The translations under genes were made by a program, and so were the position numbers. Below are positions 11,878-21,820 of a DNA stretch of 64,000 nt, piece by piece. This stretch comes from Fimbriimonadia bacterium. GTDB taxonomy: Bacteria; Armatimonadota; Fimbriimonadia; Fimbriimonadales; JABRVX01. The notes under the pieces were generated by a model. It did not search any database and was not told where the DNA came from. It saw nothing but the letters and a program-made list of their open reading frames with translations. Each line of letters begins with the position of its first letter. Position 1 is the first letter of the stretch. Location: contig JBGPGO010000004.1 of assembly GCA_041483895.1 (NCBI GenBank), positions 96,001 to 160,000 on the forward strand, in the 5' to 3' direction.

Positions 11878-12058
11878 CAATCAGCGGTCTTTGACCAAGC
11901 TGCCGGTGGGTCGTCAGTCGGGGGTATGGCGACCCTTCGGCGTTTAAGGCCAAACTCCCTGGAATACCGAGAAAAACCGGGTTTTCCCGTTTCATGCCGG
12001 CCAATTGAGTCGTCATATAGATTGCGGTTCAAATCTGCCGGGAAGGAAGCAAACGCGC

Positions 12059-12895
12059 ATGCCATACCTGATTGTGATCGCCTCTCTCATCGCGTCTGCG
12101 AATGTCGGCCCCCACGATCGTGGCGCCGTCGCGAATAATTGGGCAATCAACATTTATGCCGGAGAGGCCAAGCGCCGGCCCTACGATCAACATGTGCGGC
12201 AATATAGCTGGATGAATCAGATTGCGCGACCGCAATTGGGCTCGAACAGCAGCTCGTGGGAGGCGGCGGCAAAAAGCAACGGCGACGTGGGAGCTTTGTA
12301 TCCGCAGTGGTTTCCGCCTTCAGGCAACTACACGGAAGAGACCCCGCGATCCCCGTACACGGGAGGACCGAAGCAGCGCTGCAGCATCCTAAGAATGTCT
12401 CCCAATTGGGCCACGCTCATGTTTCGCGCGATTTCTGAACAAGGTTGGAGCGAGAAGCGGCTCCTGTTGGATACGGCGTTCGGCCGTTCGATGAATGCGC
12501 AGGAAGTTCGGCAGGTCGTCGAGCTGGGCGGGTATCTCGGAACGTCACGGTGTCCGTCCTACATTGTCAACGTCTGGGCCGGCGTGGACGATATGAAGGC
12601 AATGGCCGCTGCCGGTTGGATCGTGATGAAAGAGACGCCGCGGTTCGACCAGCCGCCGGAGAACATTCAATTCGGGATGGACCAAGTAAAGCGTCTTTGC
12701 CGGGAAATGCCGCCTGGGAAGCTTATCCTATTCCCGCGCGTCACAAAGGATTGGCGAACCGATCCCCGTGGATTTCGCGAGCAGGTGGGGGCAATTGTAT
12801 CCGAGGTCAAGAAATATGGGCAGATGATCTGCGCCCGGCTCCCAGATGATACGGAATGCCCCGCGGAAGAGATGGAGAAGCTGTTTCCCGACTGA
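12059..12895 (+). CDS. Hypothetical, probably secreted protein
   Basis: ATG at 12059 with GGAAGG upstream; hydrophobic N-terminus; no recognised motif. Confidence 0.6.
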   Translation: MPYLIVIASLIASANVGPHDRGAVANNWAINIYAGEAKRRPYDQHVRQYSWMNQIARPQLGSNSSSWEAAAKSNGDVGALYPQWFPPSGNYTEETPRSPYTGGPKQRCSILRMSPNWATLMFRAISEQGWSEKRLLLDTAFGRSMNAQEVRQVVELGGYLGTSRCPSYIVNVWAGVDDMKAMAAAGWIVMKETPRFDQPPENIQFGMDQVKRLCREMPPGKLILFPRVTKDWRTDPRGFREQVGAIVSEVKKYGQMICARLPDDTECPAEEMEKLFPD

Positions 12896-12909
12896 TCCCA
12901 CAGCGCAAG

Positions 12910-13773
12910 CTAAAGCGTGCGGCTACCGGCGTGCGGCACCCCGCGCGGCAACTTGCGCGAAGCCAATTTGGCCGTCTTGCGATGGAGACCTTTGGCAAGC
13001 TCGGATATCGTGACGAACTGATACCCCTCTTTGCGCAGCGTCTCGATAATGTCAGGCAGTGCGGCCATCGTCTCCGGAATCCCGTCATGAAACAGAATGA
13101 TGCCTCCGGGCCGGATTTTCCCCAACACCCGCTCTCGGATTGTCGCCGAAGTCGGATATCTGAAGTCTTTGGGGGCAACCGTCCAGAATACCGGCGTCAA
13201 TCCGCAGACGTGGGCGGCTTCCAGCACGAGATTGTTGTATTCCCCTCCCGGCGGGCGGCAGAACTTGGGCTCCACACCAATCACGCTCTTGATGGCCTCG
13301 TTACACGCCTCCCACTCGTGTACGATCTGCGCCGTATCCAACGTCGGGAGCTTGGGATGGCTGAAGGTGTGGTTTTCGATGTCATGCCCAGCCTCGTTTT
13401 CCGCCTTCACGAGATCGGGATGGAGCTCCACCATTCGGCCGACCACGAAGAAGGTGGCCTTGACGTTTTCCTTCTTGAGGATTTCTAAGAGTGTCGGGGT
13501 GAATTTGGGATGGGGGCCGTCATCGAAGGTCAGGGCCACCTCTTTGACATGGGCATTGCCCTGATAGATGCGCGGAAAGCGTTTCCAGCCCGCGACCTCC
13601 GCATTGAGCTTTTTCTCCAGCTCCGTCCCCGAGGCGTACGATTCGTGCTGGCCGACGCCGTAGCCAGGCGCGGAGGGCTCCAGGGACTGAACCGAAACTC
13701 GGCGCTCGGACGACTGTTGACATCCGAACAGACAAAGCAGGCTCGCAGCCAAGAGAAATGAAGGGAGTTTCAT
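12910..13773 (-). CDS. Polysaccharide deacetylase (CE4/NodB) lipoprotein
   Basis: ALTFDDGP, NHTFSH, RPPGG, IILFHDG; lipobox LFG-C; start placed at MKLPSF. Confidence 0.9.
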   Translation of the reverse strand: MKLPSFLLAASLLCLFGCQQSSERRVSVQSLEPSAPGYGVGQHESYASGTELEKKLNAEVAGWKRFPRIYQGNAHVKEVALTFDDGPHPKFTPTLLEILKKENVKATFFVVGRMVELHPDLVKAENEAGHDIENHTFSHPKLPTLDTAQIVHEWEACNEAIKSVIGVEPKFCRPPGGEYNNLVLEAAHVCGLTPVFWTVAPKDFRYPTSATIRERVLGKIRPGGIILFHDGIPETMAALPDIIETLRKEGYQFVTISELAKGLHRKTAKLASRKLPRGVPHAGSRTL

Positions 13774-13828
13774 TCGCCTGATCAGTATGATTGCCAATTC
13801 CCCGGAAAGTATAGAGGTCGTTTGCAGA

Positions 13829-13903
13829 TGGTGGGCGGTACTGGATTTGAACCAGTGACCTCCTCGGTGTGAACGAGGCGCTCTACCCCTGAGCCAACCG
13901 CCC
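13829..13903 (-). tRNA. tRNA-Val (anticodon CAC)
   Basis: GGGCGGTTGGCTCAG...CCTCG-TTCACAC-CGAGG...GGTTCAAATCC...ACCGCCCACCA; TGCTAAAAT extended -10 just upstream. Confidence 0.97.
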
Positions 13904-13958
13904 GCAAGCGGCATTTTAGCACGTCCCGAACGGGGGGTTTCCAGGTATCGTTCCCTCC

Positions 13959-14345
13959 GTGACAGAGGAGCATAGACAACAGGGTGACGAGCGCGCGGAG
14001 GAGGTAGCGGAAAGAGAGCGCGAGCTTCTCGACCAGGTGCATTCGGCCGGTTCGGCGGAACTGCCCGACGTACCGGAATTGCGATACGAACGGCCCAAGG
14101 CGTCGCCTGAATCCCAAGCGCTTGGCGGGACAATGGGCACCAACCGAGCCGCCGCTTTGGCAATGACCGTCCTTTACGCGATGGTGGGCCCGCCCGTCGT
14201 TGGTCTGCTGCTCGGGATGTGGATCGACAATAAGTACCATACCGCACCGTTTTGGACCTCAGTCTGCTTCATGATCGGCGCCGGAGGCGGGCTGGCGCTG
14301 ATGATCCGCTTGCTTTTGAAGCTCAGCCGCGATGAGGACCGGTAA
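13959..14345 (+). CDS. AtpZ/AtpI family small membrane protein
   Basis: VGLLLGMWIDNKYHTAPFW...G two-helix signature. Confidence 0.75.
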   Translation: MTEEHRQQGDERAEEVAERERELLDQVHSAGSAELPDVPELRYERPKASPESQALGGTMGTNRAAALAMTVLYAMVGPPVVGLLLGMWIDNKYHTAPFWTSVCFMIGAGGGLALMIRLLLKLSRDEDR

Positions 14346-14562
14346 ATTGCGTCGGGAATGAGTCTCTGGCCCTGTGAACCGCGGCGAATCTTAGACCTGA
14401 TACCCCGAGGAACGGCCTGTGAATCGGGTAAAATTTGAGCCGCAGCGGGGGATAACGTCCGACGTAGATACCGGTCATCCAATAATTGACGTAGAACGGA
14501 GCGGAGCCGCCCGTCCGAATGCGGCACGCCGTCTGGGCGTCAACCAGCCAGGAAACGGAACC

Positions 14563-17352
14563 ATGAAACAGTCGAAGCAGTTGCCAAGCAGCGAGAGTCT
14601 CGGGTTCATCGAAGAGATTTACAGTCAATACGTCAAAGACCCCTCCTCGATCGGCAAGGATTGGCGGCAGTACTTTGAGGGACTGCTGAATGGGGACGTA
14701 TTGTCGCGTGGCTTCCGAACGGAACCTTCGTTCCTGCCCTCCAGCATTTTCCATACGAACGGCGGGGTAGCCGCGCCCAGCCCATCGGGCCAGACGTCGG
14801 AGGCCGAGCTTCAGCAGCGGGTCGGCATGCTGGTACGGAACTATCGCGTCCGGGGGCACAAAGTGTCGGATGTAAATCCGTTGCCTGTTCCGAAACCATC
14901 GCTGGTGGAGTTGGACCCTGGCTACTTTGGGATTACGGAAGCGGACATGGACCGCGTGGTGGCGGCGGATACATTGGTCGGTGTCGGCCCAATCAAGGTC
15001 CGAGAGGTTATCCAGCGGCTGCAAAACACGTATTGCCGGTTCATCGGCGTGCAGTTCATGCACATTGACGACCTAAATGTCCGAGAATGGCTGCAGCGAC
15101 GCATGGAGATGACGGAGAACCGGCTCGCCATGTCCCGCGAAGAGCAGCTTCGCATCCTGACTCGACTTACCGATGCCGCGATGTTCGAGGACTTCATACT
15201 CAAGAAGTTCATTGGCGCAAAGAGCTTTTCGCTGAAAGGGTCGGAGAGCCTGATCCCGCTGCTCGAATTGGCGATCGAGAAGGCCGGCAAGCAGGGAATT
15301 CTGGAGATTGAGCTGGCAATGGCTCATCGTGGGCGGCTCAACGTGTTGGTAAACATCCTCAACAAGAGCCCACAGGACATTTTTCGGCTATTCGAAGACG
15401 CGGACGCTGAATACTACAAGGGCAGGGGCGACGTCAAATATCACCTTGGCTTCAGCAGCACCTGGACGACGCAGGAAGGCAAGGAGATCCACCTTTCGCT
15501 GTGCTTCAACCCCAGCCACCTGCAATACGTGAATACCGTGGCGCTGGGCCGGATGCGGGCGAAGCAGGACCGTGCGGGCGACACAGGCCGCGAGAAAGGT
15601 ATGGCACTTCTGATCCACGGCGACGCCGCGTTCGCCGGCCAGGGAATCAACCAGGAAACGCTCAACTTGAGCGAGTTGAAGAACTATTCGACAGGCGGGA
15701 CGCTGCACGTCATCACGAACAACCAGCTCGGGTTCACGACCCCGCCGGAAGAGGGACGCTCGACTCAGTATGCGAGCGATATCGCGAAGATGCTCCAAAG
15801 CCCGATCTTCCACGTGAACGGCGAGGACCCGGAGGCGGTCGCACAGGTGGTTTCGATGGCGATGGACTTCCGCCACGAGTTCAAGCGAGACGTTGTGATC
15901 GACATGTACGGTTTTCGACGCTACGGGCACAACGAGACCGACGAGCCGTCCTTCACTCAACCCAAGATGTACGAAATGATCGCAAAACGCAGGTCGGTGT
16001 ATGAAGGTTATCTGGAGCACATGCTTGCGCTGGGTGGGATCTCGCGCGACGAGGCGGATTCGATCGCTTCACGGCAGCGCGAGTACTTCGAGCAGGAGCT
16101 TTCCAAGGCGAGGAGCCATGACTACGAAGTGCGTGGTGAAAAGCTGAAGGGCATTTGGGCGCCGTATATCGGCGGTTCCGCGGCGCATGCGGATTGGCCG
16201 GAGACGAAGCTGCCAAAGACGCGATTGACCGCCATTCTAGAGGCCCAAACCAAGCTTCCGGACGGGTTCCATCTCCATCCGAAGCTGGACCGGATGATGA
16301 CGCAGAAATTGGACATGGCGGCCGGGAAGAAGCCTCTCGACTGGGCCGGTGCGGAGTCCCTTGCGTTTGGCAGCCTGGCGATGGAAGGGTATCGGGTTCG
16401 GCTGTCCGGTCAAGATTCGGGACGAGGGACGTTCAGTCAACGGCATGCCATCTTGCACGACTATGAGACCGGCGATCGGTACGTGCCCTTGCAGCATTTG
16501 GCGCCCGACCAGGCGCCTTTGGAGATATTGAACAGCCCGCTGTCGGAGTTGGGTGTGCTTGGTTTTGAGTACGGATACAGTCTTGACTATCCCGACGCGC
16601 TGGTTCTCTGGGAAGCGCAGTTTGGTGACTTCGTCAATGCGGCGCAAGTTATCGTGGACCAGTTTGTCACGAGTTCCGAGATCAAGTGGAATCGCTTGAC
16701 TGGGTTGGTGATGCTTCTGCCGCACGGTTTGGAAGGACAGGGGGCCGAGCATTCCAGTTGCCGCATTGAGCGTTTCCTCGAGTTGGCCGAAGACGACAAC
16801 ATTCAGATCATGAACCTGACAACGCCTGCGCAGTACTTCCACGGATTGCGCCTGCAAGCGATTCGGAAATGGCGCAAGCCGCTGATCATTGCTACCCCCA
16901 AGAGCCTCCTTCGCCATCCGGAAGCGATTTCGAGCTTGGACGACCTTGCAAAGGGAGGCTTCCAAACGGTGATCGCCGATGAAGAGGTCAAGACCGCGAA
17001 GGCGGTTCTGCTCTGCACGGGCAAAGTCTATTACGATCTGTTGCATGCTCGAAAAGATCGTGGGCGGCGCGACGTTGCGATTGTTCGGTTGGAGCAGATC
17101 TATCCGTTCCCAGAGGAGGTCCTTTCCGGTGTGTTGGCACGGTACGGAAAGACGACACCTGTCGTCTGGGTGCAGGAGGAACCGGGCAACATGGCGGTTT
17201 ATCCCTGCCTCCGACAAAAGTATTGTGAAAATCTGCTTGGCCACCCGCTCTCGCTGGTCTCTCGCCCCAATTCGCCGAGCCCGGCGACGGGCCATGCAAG
17301 CAGCCACAAGTTGGAGCAGCAAATTCTGGTTGATGAAGCGCTGAGCATATAG
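14563..17352 (+). CDS. sucA: 2-oxoglutarate dehydrogenase E1
   Basis: MAHRGRLNVL, GDVKYHLG, HGDAAFAGQG, WEAQFGDF, QEEP; start placed at MKQSKQ. Confidence 0.97.
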   Translation: MKQSKQLPSSESLGFIEEIYSQYVKDPSSIGKDWRQYFEGLLNGDVLSRGFRTEPSFLPSSIFHTNGGVAAPSPSGQTSEAELQQRVGMLVRNYRVRGHKVSDVNPLPVPKPSLVELDPGYFGITEADMDRVVAADTLVGVGPIKVREVIQRLQNTYCRFIGVQFMHIDDLNVREWLQRRMEMTENRLAMSREEQLRILTRLTDAAMFEDFILKKFIGAKSFSLKGSESLIPLLELAIEKAGKQGILEIELAMAHRGRLNVLVNILNKSPQDIFRLFEDADAEYYKGRGDVKYHLGFSSTWTTQEGKEIHLSLCFNPSHLQYVNTVALGRMRAKQDRAGDTGREKGMALLIHGDAAFAGQGINQETLNLSELKNYSTGGTLHVITNNQLGFTTPPEEGRSTQYASDIAKMLQSPIFHVNGEDPEAVAQVVSMAMDFRHEFKRDVVIDMYGFRRYGHNETDEPSFTQPKMYEMIAKRRSVYEGYLEHMLALGGISRDEADSIASRQREYFEQELSKARSHDYEVRGEKLKGIWAPYIGGSAAHADWPETKLPKTRLTAILEAQTKLPDGFHLHPKLDRMMTQKLDMAAGKKPLDWAGAESLAFGSLAMEGYRVRLSGQDSGRGTFSQRHAILHDYETGDRYVPLQHLAPDQAPLEILNSPLSELGVLGFEYGYSLDYPDALVLWEAQFGDFVNAAQVIVDQFVTSSEIKWNRLTGLVMLLPHGLEGQGAEHSSCRIERFLELAEDDNIQIMNLTTPAQYFHGLRLQAIRKWRKPLIIATPKSLLRHPEAISSLDDLAKGGFQTVIADEEVKTAKAVLLCTGKVYYDLLHARKDRGRRDVAIVRLEQIYPFPEEVLSGVLARYGKTTPVVWVQEEPGNMAVYPCLRQKYCENLLGHPLSLVSRPNSPSPATGHASSHKLEQQILVDEALSI

Positions 17353-17362
17353 GAGTCTTGAC

Positions 17363-18499
17363 ATGGCAGTCGAGTTGAAAGTCCCGTCGGTCGGTGAATC
17401 GATCACAGAGGTCCAGATCGCGCAATGGCTCAAAGGCGAAGGCGAGCAGGTGCAAAAGGACGAGAACATCGTGGAACTGGAGACGGATAAGGCCACGCTG
17501 GAGCTGCCCGCTCCCGTTTCCGGCATCCTAAAAGGCATCGTCAAGAAGGTCGGTGACATGGCCAATGTCGGTGACATCATCGGCTACATGGAAGAGGGCG
17601 CCGTGGCGACGGCTGGACCTCCGCCGCCAGCTCAGGCGAAGAAATCGGTTCCGGAAGCCCGCGTCATGCCCGCTGCCGCGCGAGCGTTGGCGGAAAAGGG
17701 ATTGAAGCCGGAGGATGTTGCGGCGACGGGTCCGGGGGGCCGGCTATTGAAAGAGGACGTTGTGCGACACGAGACCAAGGCGGTTCCAGCCGTCAACGGC
17801 CGCCACGAGGATGTAGTTCCGATGAGCCCGCTCCGAAAACGAGTGGCCGCGCGGTTAGTAGAGTCGCAGCAGACGACGGCCCACCTGACAACATTCAACG
17901 AGATCGACATGTCAAACGTGATGGCTTTGCGCAAGCAGTATCAGGAGGAGTTCCAAGCCAAGAACGGGATCAAGCTGGGAATCATGTCGTTTTTCGTCAA
18001 GGCGGCCATCGACGGACTGAAAATGATCCCGCAGCTCAATGCAGAGATCCGCGGTACGGACATCGTGTACAAGAACTACTACGATATCGGCGTAGCTGTC
18101 CAGAGCGCGAAGGGGCTGGTTGTTCCGGTGATTCGATCGGCGGAACAGATGAGCTTTGCCGAACTGGAAAAGGTGATTAGCGATTTCGCCGTGCGGGCCA
18201 GGGATAACAAGATCGCGATCGAGGAACTGGAAGGCGGAACGTTTACAATCAGCAACGGCGGCGTGTTCGGATCTCTGATGGCGACACCGATTATCAATCC
18301 TCCGCAGAGCGGCGTGCTGGGAATGCACGCGATTAAGGATCGGCCCGTCGTGGTGGATGGCGCGATTGTGATCCGGCCAATGATGTATGTGGCCCTCACG
18401 TACGATCATCGCATTGTGGACGGCCGCGAATCCGTCACCTTCCTAAAGCGCATCAAAGAGTGCGTTGAGAATCCGACAAGGATGTTGTTGGAAATCTAG
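17363..18499 (+). CDS. sucB: Dihydrolipoamide succinyltransferase E2
   Basis: Lipoyl motif ETDKA; E3-binding GPGGRLLKEDV; YDHRIVDG. Confidence 0.96.
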   Translation: MAVELKVPSVGESITEVQIAQWLKGEGEQVQKDENIVELETDKATLELPAPVSGILKGIVKKVGDMANVGDIIGYMEEGAVATAGPPPPAQAKKSVPEARVMPAAARALAEKGLKPEDVAATGPGGRLLKEDVVRHETKAVPAVNGRHEDVVPMSPLRKRVAARLVESQQTTAHLTTFNEIDMSNVMALRKQYQEEFQAKNGIKLGIMSFFVKAAIDGLKMIPQLNAEIRGTDIVYKNYYDIGVAVQSAKGLVVPVIRSAEQMSFAELEKVISDFAVRARDNKIAIEELEGGTFTISNGGVFGSLMATPIINPPQSGVLGMHAIKDRPVVVDGAIVIRPMMYVALTYDHRIVDGRESVTFLKRIKECVENPTRMLLEI

Positions 18500-19873
18500 G
18501 TGGCAATGCACGATCTGATTGTCATCGGGTCCGGTCCCGGTGGTTACGTTGCCGCGATTCGTGCCGCCCAGCTTGGCCTCAACGTCGCCTGCATTGAAAA
18601 AGAGCCCGCGCTCGGCGGGACCTGTCTTCGCATCGGCTGCATCCCATCCAAGGCGATCTTGGAATCCAGCGAGAAATTCTACGAATCACGAAGGGGTCTC
18701 GGCGCACATGGCGTCATCTTGGGAGACGTGAAGCTGGATCTGTGCGCCATGATGAAGCGCAAGACGGAGATCGTGGAATCTCTGACGAACGGCGTCGCGT
18801 TTTTGTTCAAGAAAAACAAGATCACGCGCTATGAGGGACATGGGCGAATCGAAGGGCCTGGACGCGTTTCTGTTGGCAGCGAGACGCTGGAAGCCAAGCA
18901 TATCGTCATCGCGACGGGCTCCAATGTCGCGCAGTTGAAAGGTGTGGAGTTTGACGGCGACCGAATCGGCGGAAGCACCGAGGCGCTGTCCTATCCCGCT
19001 GTTCCGGGAACGCTCGTCGTGATCGGGGCTGGGTATATCGGTCTGGAATTGGGATCCGTATGGAACCGGCTGGGATCGAAGGTGATAGTGCTCGAATTTC
19101 TTGATCGCATATTGCCGGGAATGGACGCGGAGATCGCGGCCGAGGCAAGAAAGCAGTTTGAAAAGCAGGGGATGGAGTTTCGTTTGGGCGCCAAGGTCAC
19201 GTCGGCGAAGGCGGGCAAAAAGGGCTGCGTGGTCGAGGTGGAGGGGTCGGATCCCATCTCTTGCGATCGGGTTCTTTGCTCCGTCGGTCGGGTGCCGAAT
19301 ACGGACGGGTTGAGGCTGGAAAATATCGGCTTGCAGCTTGACGAACGAGGCCGTGTGCCGATCAACGAGCGCTTCGAGACTACCGTTCCTGGGTTTTATG
19401 CCATCGGTGACGTGGTGCGCGGTCCGATGCTTGCTCACAAGGCGCAGGATGAGGGCATCGCCTGCGTGGAGGGCATCGCCACGGGGTACGGCCATGTCAA
19501 CACCAATGCCATCCCGGGCGTGGTATACACCGAGCCGGAGATCGCCTCGGTCGGCAAGACCGAGGAGGAGCTGAAGCAGGCCGGAATTGAATACCGGAAA
19601 GGCTCCTTTCCGTTCATGGCGAATGGGAGGGCCAAGGCGCTGGGGCACACCGCGGGGAAGGTCAAAGTGTTGGCAGATGCGGCGACCGATCGCGTGCTGG
19701 GGGTTCATATCATCGGTCCACGGGCCGGCGACCTGATCGCGGAAGCGGCGGTTGCCATCGAGTTCGGCGCGTCTTCGGAAGACATCGGACGCGCTTCCCA
19801 CGCCCATCCGACCCTTGCGGAAGCGGTGAAGGAAGCCGCCCTGGCCGTCGAAGGCCGGGCCATTCATGTTTAA
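18500..19873 (+). CDS. lpdA: Dihydrolipoamide dehydrogenase E3
   Basis: GSGPGG, GGTCLRIGCIPSK, HAHPTLAE. Confidence 0.96.
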   Translation: MAMHDLIVIGSGPGGYVAAIRAAQLGLNVACIEKEPALGGTCLRIGCIPSKAILESSEKFYESRRGLGAHGVILGDVKLDLCAMMKRKTEIVESLTNGVAFLFKKNKITRYEGHGRIEGPGRVSVGSETLEAKHIVIATGSNVAQLKGVEFDGDRIGGSTEALSYPAVPGTLVVIGAGYIGLELGSVWNRLGSKVIVLEFLDRILPGMDAEIAAEARKQFEKQGMEFRLGAKVTSAKAGKKGCVVEVEGSDPISCDRVLCSVGRVPNTDGLRLENIGLQLDERGRVPINERFETTVPGFYAIGDVVRGPMLAHKAQDEGIACVEGIATGYGHVNTNAIPGVVYTEPEIASVGKTEEELKQAGIEYRKGSFPFMANGRAKALGHTAGKVKVLADAATDRVLGVHIIGPRAGDLIAEAAVAIEFGASSEDIGRASHAHPTLAEAVKEAALAVEGRAIHV

Positions 19874-19958
19874 TACCTGTGAGCGGGACTCTTGACTCGA
19901 TTGTAGAAATACGGTTAACTAGGCGCGAAAACGCTATTGACGTGGAAGAGGCTAGGCC

Positions 19959-20351
19959 ATGGAGGATGTCTACGTCCTAGGACTAACAACGTCCAGGGAC
20001 GGCACGGCGGCGGAAGATCTTTTGATCCGAATGAAGGTAGCCAACCTGACGGACTACCGCGCGAACTATTGCGTCAAGGTCGGGCTTCCGTGGACGCCTG
20101 AAATTGCGCGGGACGGCGAGATCACGATTTCAAAGAGCCGCCTGAAAAACAATCTGCGAATCATCCTCGAATGGAACCTGACGCGCGTCATGACAACAAA
20201 AGCGGAGCCGGCGATCGCCCACGGGACGGCCTCGTTCGAATACGGCCGCAATCGACCTAGCTTGTTGGTCAAGGGATTTAAGAAGTATCGCATCAATGAG
20301 GCTTTTGATGGGACCATGCTGCAGGTTGATATGATGATCCGGCTGCTCTGA
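19959..20351 (+). CDS. Hypothetical protein
   Basis: 130-aa ORF with GAGG upstream, fills gap before convergent operon. Confidence 0.55.
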   Translation: MEDVYVLGLTTSRDGTAAEDLLIRMKVANLTDYRANYCVKVGLPWTPEIARDGEITISKSRLKNNLRIILEWNLTRVMTTKAEPAIAHGTASFEYGRNRPSLLVKGFKKYRINEAFDGTMLQVDMMIRLL

Positions 20352-20416
20352 TACCCTCCGCGATTCCATGCTCGAGACGCGCAACTTTTGCAGCGGATTC
20401 CGTATGATAGGAGATT

Positions 20417-20451
20417 GCAATCGCCTTCCCTATTTTGGGGAAGGCGATTGC
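20417..20451. terminator. 14-bp stem hairpin between convergent genes (possible terminator)
   Basis: GCAATCGCCTTCCC / GGGAAGGCGATTGC, 7 bp beyond the stop of the 20459-21808 gene; no strong U-tract. Confidence 0.5.
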
Positions 20452-20458
20452 CAAACGT

Positions 20459-21808
20459 TTAGTCGCCCGGGCTGGAGTTGATGCCGAGCCGCGATCCAAT
20501 CGTAACGATGTCCGCTTCGTCCGGCTTCGCCGGATTGAGTCCCCCTTTGACACCCGCGCGGACGCTCGCATAGTATTCGTCGATGAGCTTAATGAGGTTC
20601 GCCGTTAGAGCGCCTTCGATGGCATCTTTGAATGCCTGGGGCGTCGCGGCGGTGAACGACGTGAAGTAGTCCACAAGCGCGAACGGTAGATATTTGGTTT
20701 GACCCGTCGCCGTGGCGGACAGGGTTTCGACCAAATTGGCCATCGGCAGCGTCGAGACGCGATAGTTGGTCAGGTTGGCGCCCGCCAACGCGCCCATCGT
20801 CGTTCGATATCCTACGCTCTTCGCATAGCAATGAAGGATCAGGGCGACAAGCAGCTCGTCATGCATCCGGAACTTTGCCGGCACGTCGAACAAGTGCCAA
20901 ACGCCGTACACATTGCCCGTTCCGACGTTCGTGTATGGTTGGACGCCTGCGGCGACGATGTCTTGATACAAGGTGCCGAACTGCGAGTTTTTCTCGACAC
21001 GAAGGTCGCCGTTGGTCATAAACCACTTGATGGTCTTCGACACGTCGAGAGCGCCGGCGTTCGATGCAAAGGTGGTGAAGCGAAACGCGGAAAAGTTTGC
21101 GATCCCTTCCAGATAGGCTGCCTGGTAGTTAGGAATGGCGACATGGAAGGAGTGGCCGCCCTGTGTACCGCCATAGATATTTTGGAGCCCCGGCATGTGA
21201 GTCCGCCAATCAGCCAGATCTTCCGTGTGGGTCAGCTCGTGGCAGAATGTCGCGCAAATCTCGTCGGCATTCGGATGGCCGTTGCGCAGAAACTGGCCGT
21301 TTTGAGTCAGATGCCAGTTGCCCATCGTGAACGAGCCGCCGAAGAACGAGGCCTCGCGCGTTCCGGTCGCATCAAAGGACTGAGCTCCAAACGACTTGCC
21401 CGCCGGCCACGTGTAGCCGCCGGAAAGATTGATCCCCCACCGATTTCTAGACGGCCCATCGGTAGGCTGCTGATTTCGATCGTTGACAAGATAGATCGCG
21501 ATCGGCTTGCCCGTAAGATGCAGAAGCTGATCCACGACCCCCTGCAGCGCCAATGCCTGCGAGCTGTTGGACGCGGGCCCGAACAGCCAATCGAGCAGCA
21601 TGCGAAACGGTTCGTTCTCGGCCAGGTTTTTCATATCCGCGTTAGCGGTCCCGGCAAGATATTCGACGGGTGTGATGACTACTTCCCCGGTGGCAACATT
21701 TGGATTGGGTACGTAGAACACACGGAGTTTGGTCCGAATGTACGCCTGGTCGGCTGACGCCGCAACCGCCAAGGCGAGGGCTAAGAGAATGGTAATTTGT
21801 CTTTTCAT
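20459..21808 (-). CDS. Secreted zinc metallopeptidase-like protein (HExxH...E)
   Basis: Signal peptide MKRQITILLALALAVAASA; CHELTH plus downstream EGIANF. Confidence 0.7.
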   Translation of the reverse strand: MKRQITILLALALAVAASADQAYIRTKLRVFYVPNPNVATGEVVITPVEYLAGTANADMKNLAENEPFRMLLDWLFGPASNSSQALALQGVVDQLLHLTGKPIAIYLVNDRNQQPTDGPSRNRWGINLSGGYTWPAGKSFGAQSFDATGTREASFFGGSFTMGNWHLTQNGQFLRNGHPNADEICATFCHELTHTEDLADWRTHMPGLQNIYGGTQGGHSFHVAIPNYQAAYLEGIANFSAFRFTTFASNAGALDVSKTIKWFMTNGDLRVEKNSQFGTLYQDIVAAGVQPYTNVGTGNVYGVWHLFDVPAKFRMHDELLVALILHCYAKSVGYRTTMGALAGANLTNYRVSTLPMANLVETLSATATGQTKYLPFALVDYFTSFTAATPQAFKDAIEGALTANLIKLIDEYYASVRAGVKGGLNPAKPDEADIVTIGSRLGINSSPGD

Positions 21809-21820
21809 ATCATTCCTCCT

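Noticed and set aside
12910..14247. 445-aa version of the deacetylase ORF
   Set aside because: The extension runs through tRNA-Val and the opposite-strand gene. The lipoprotein signal starts at 13773.
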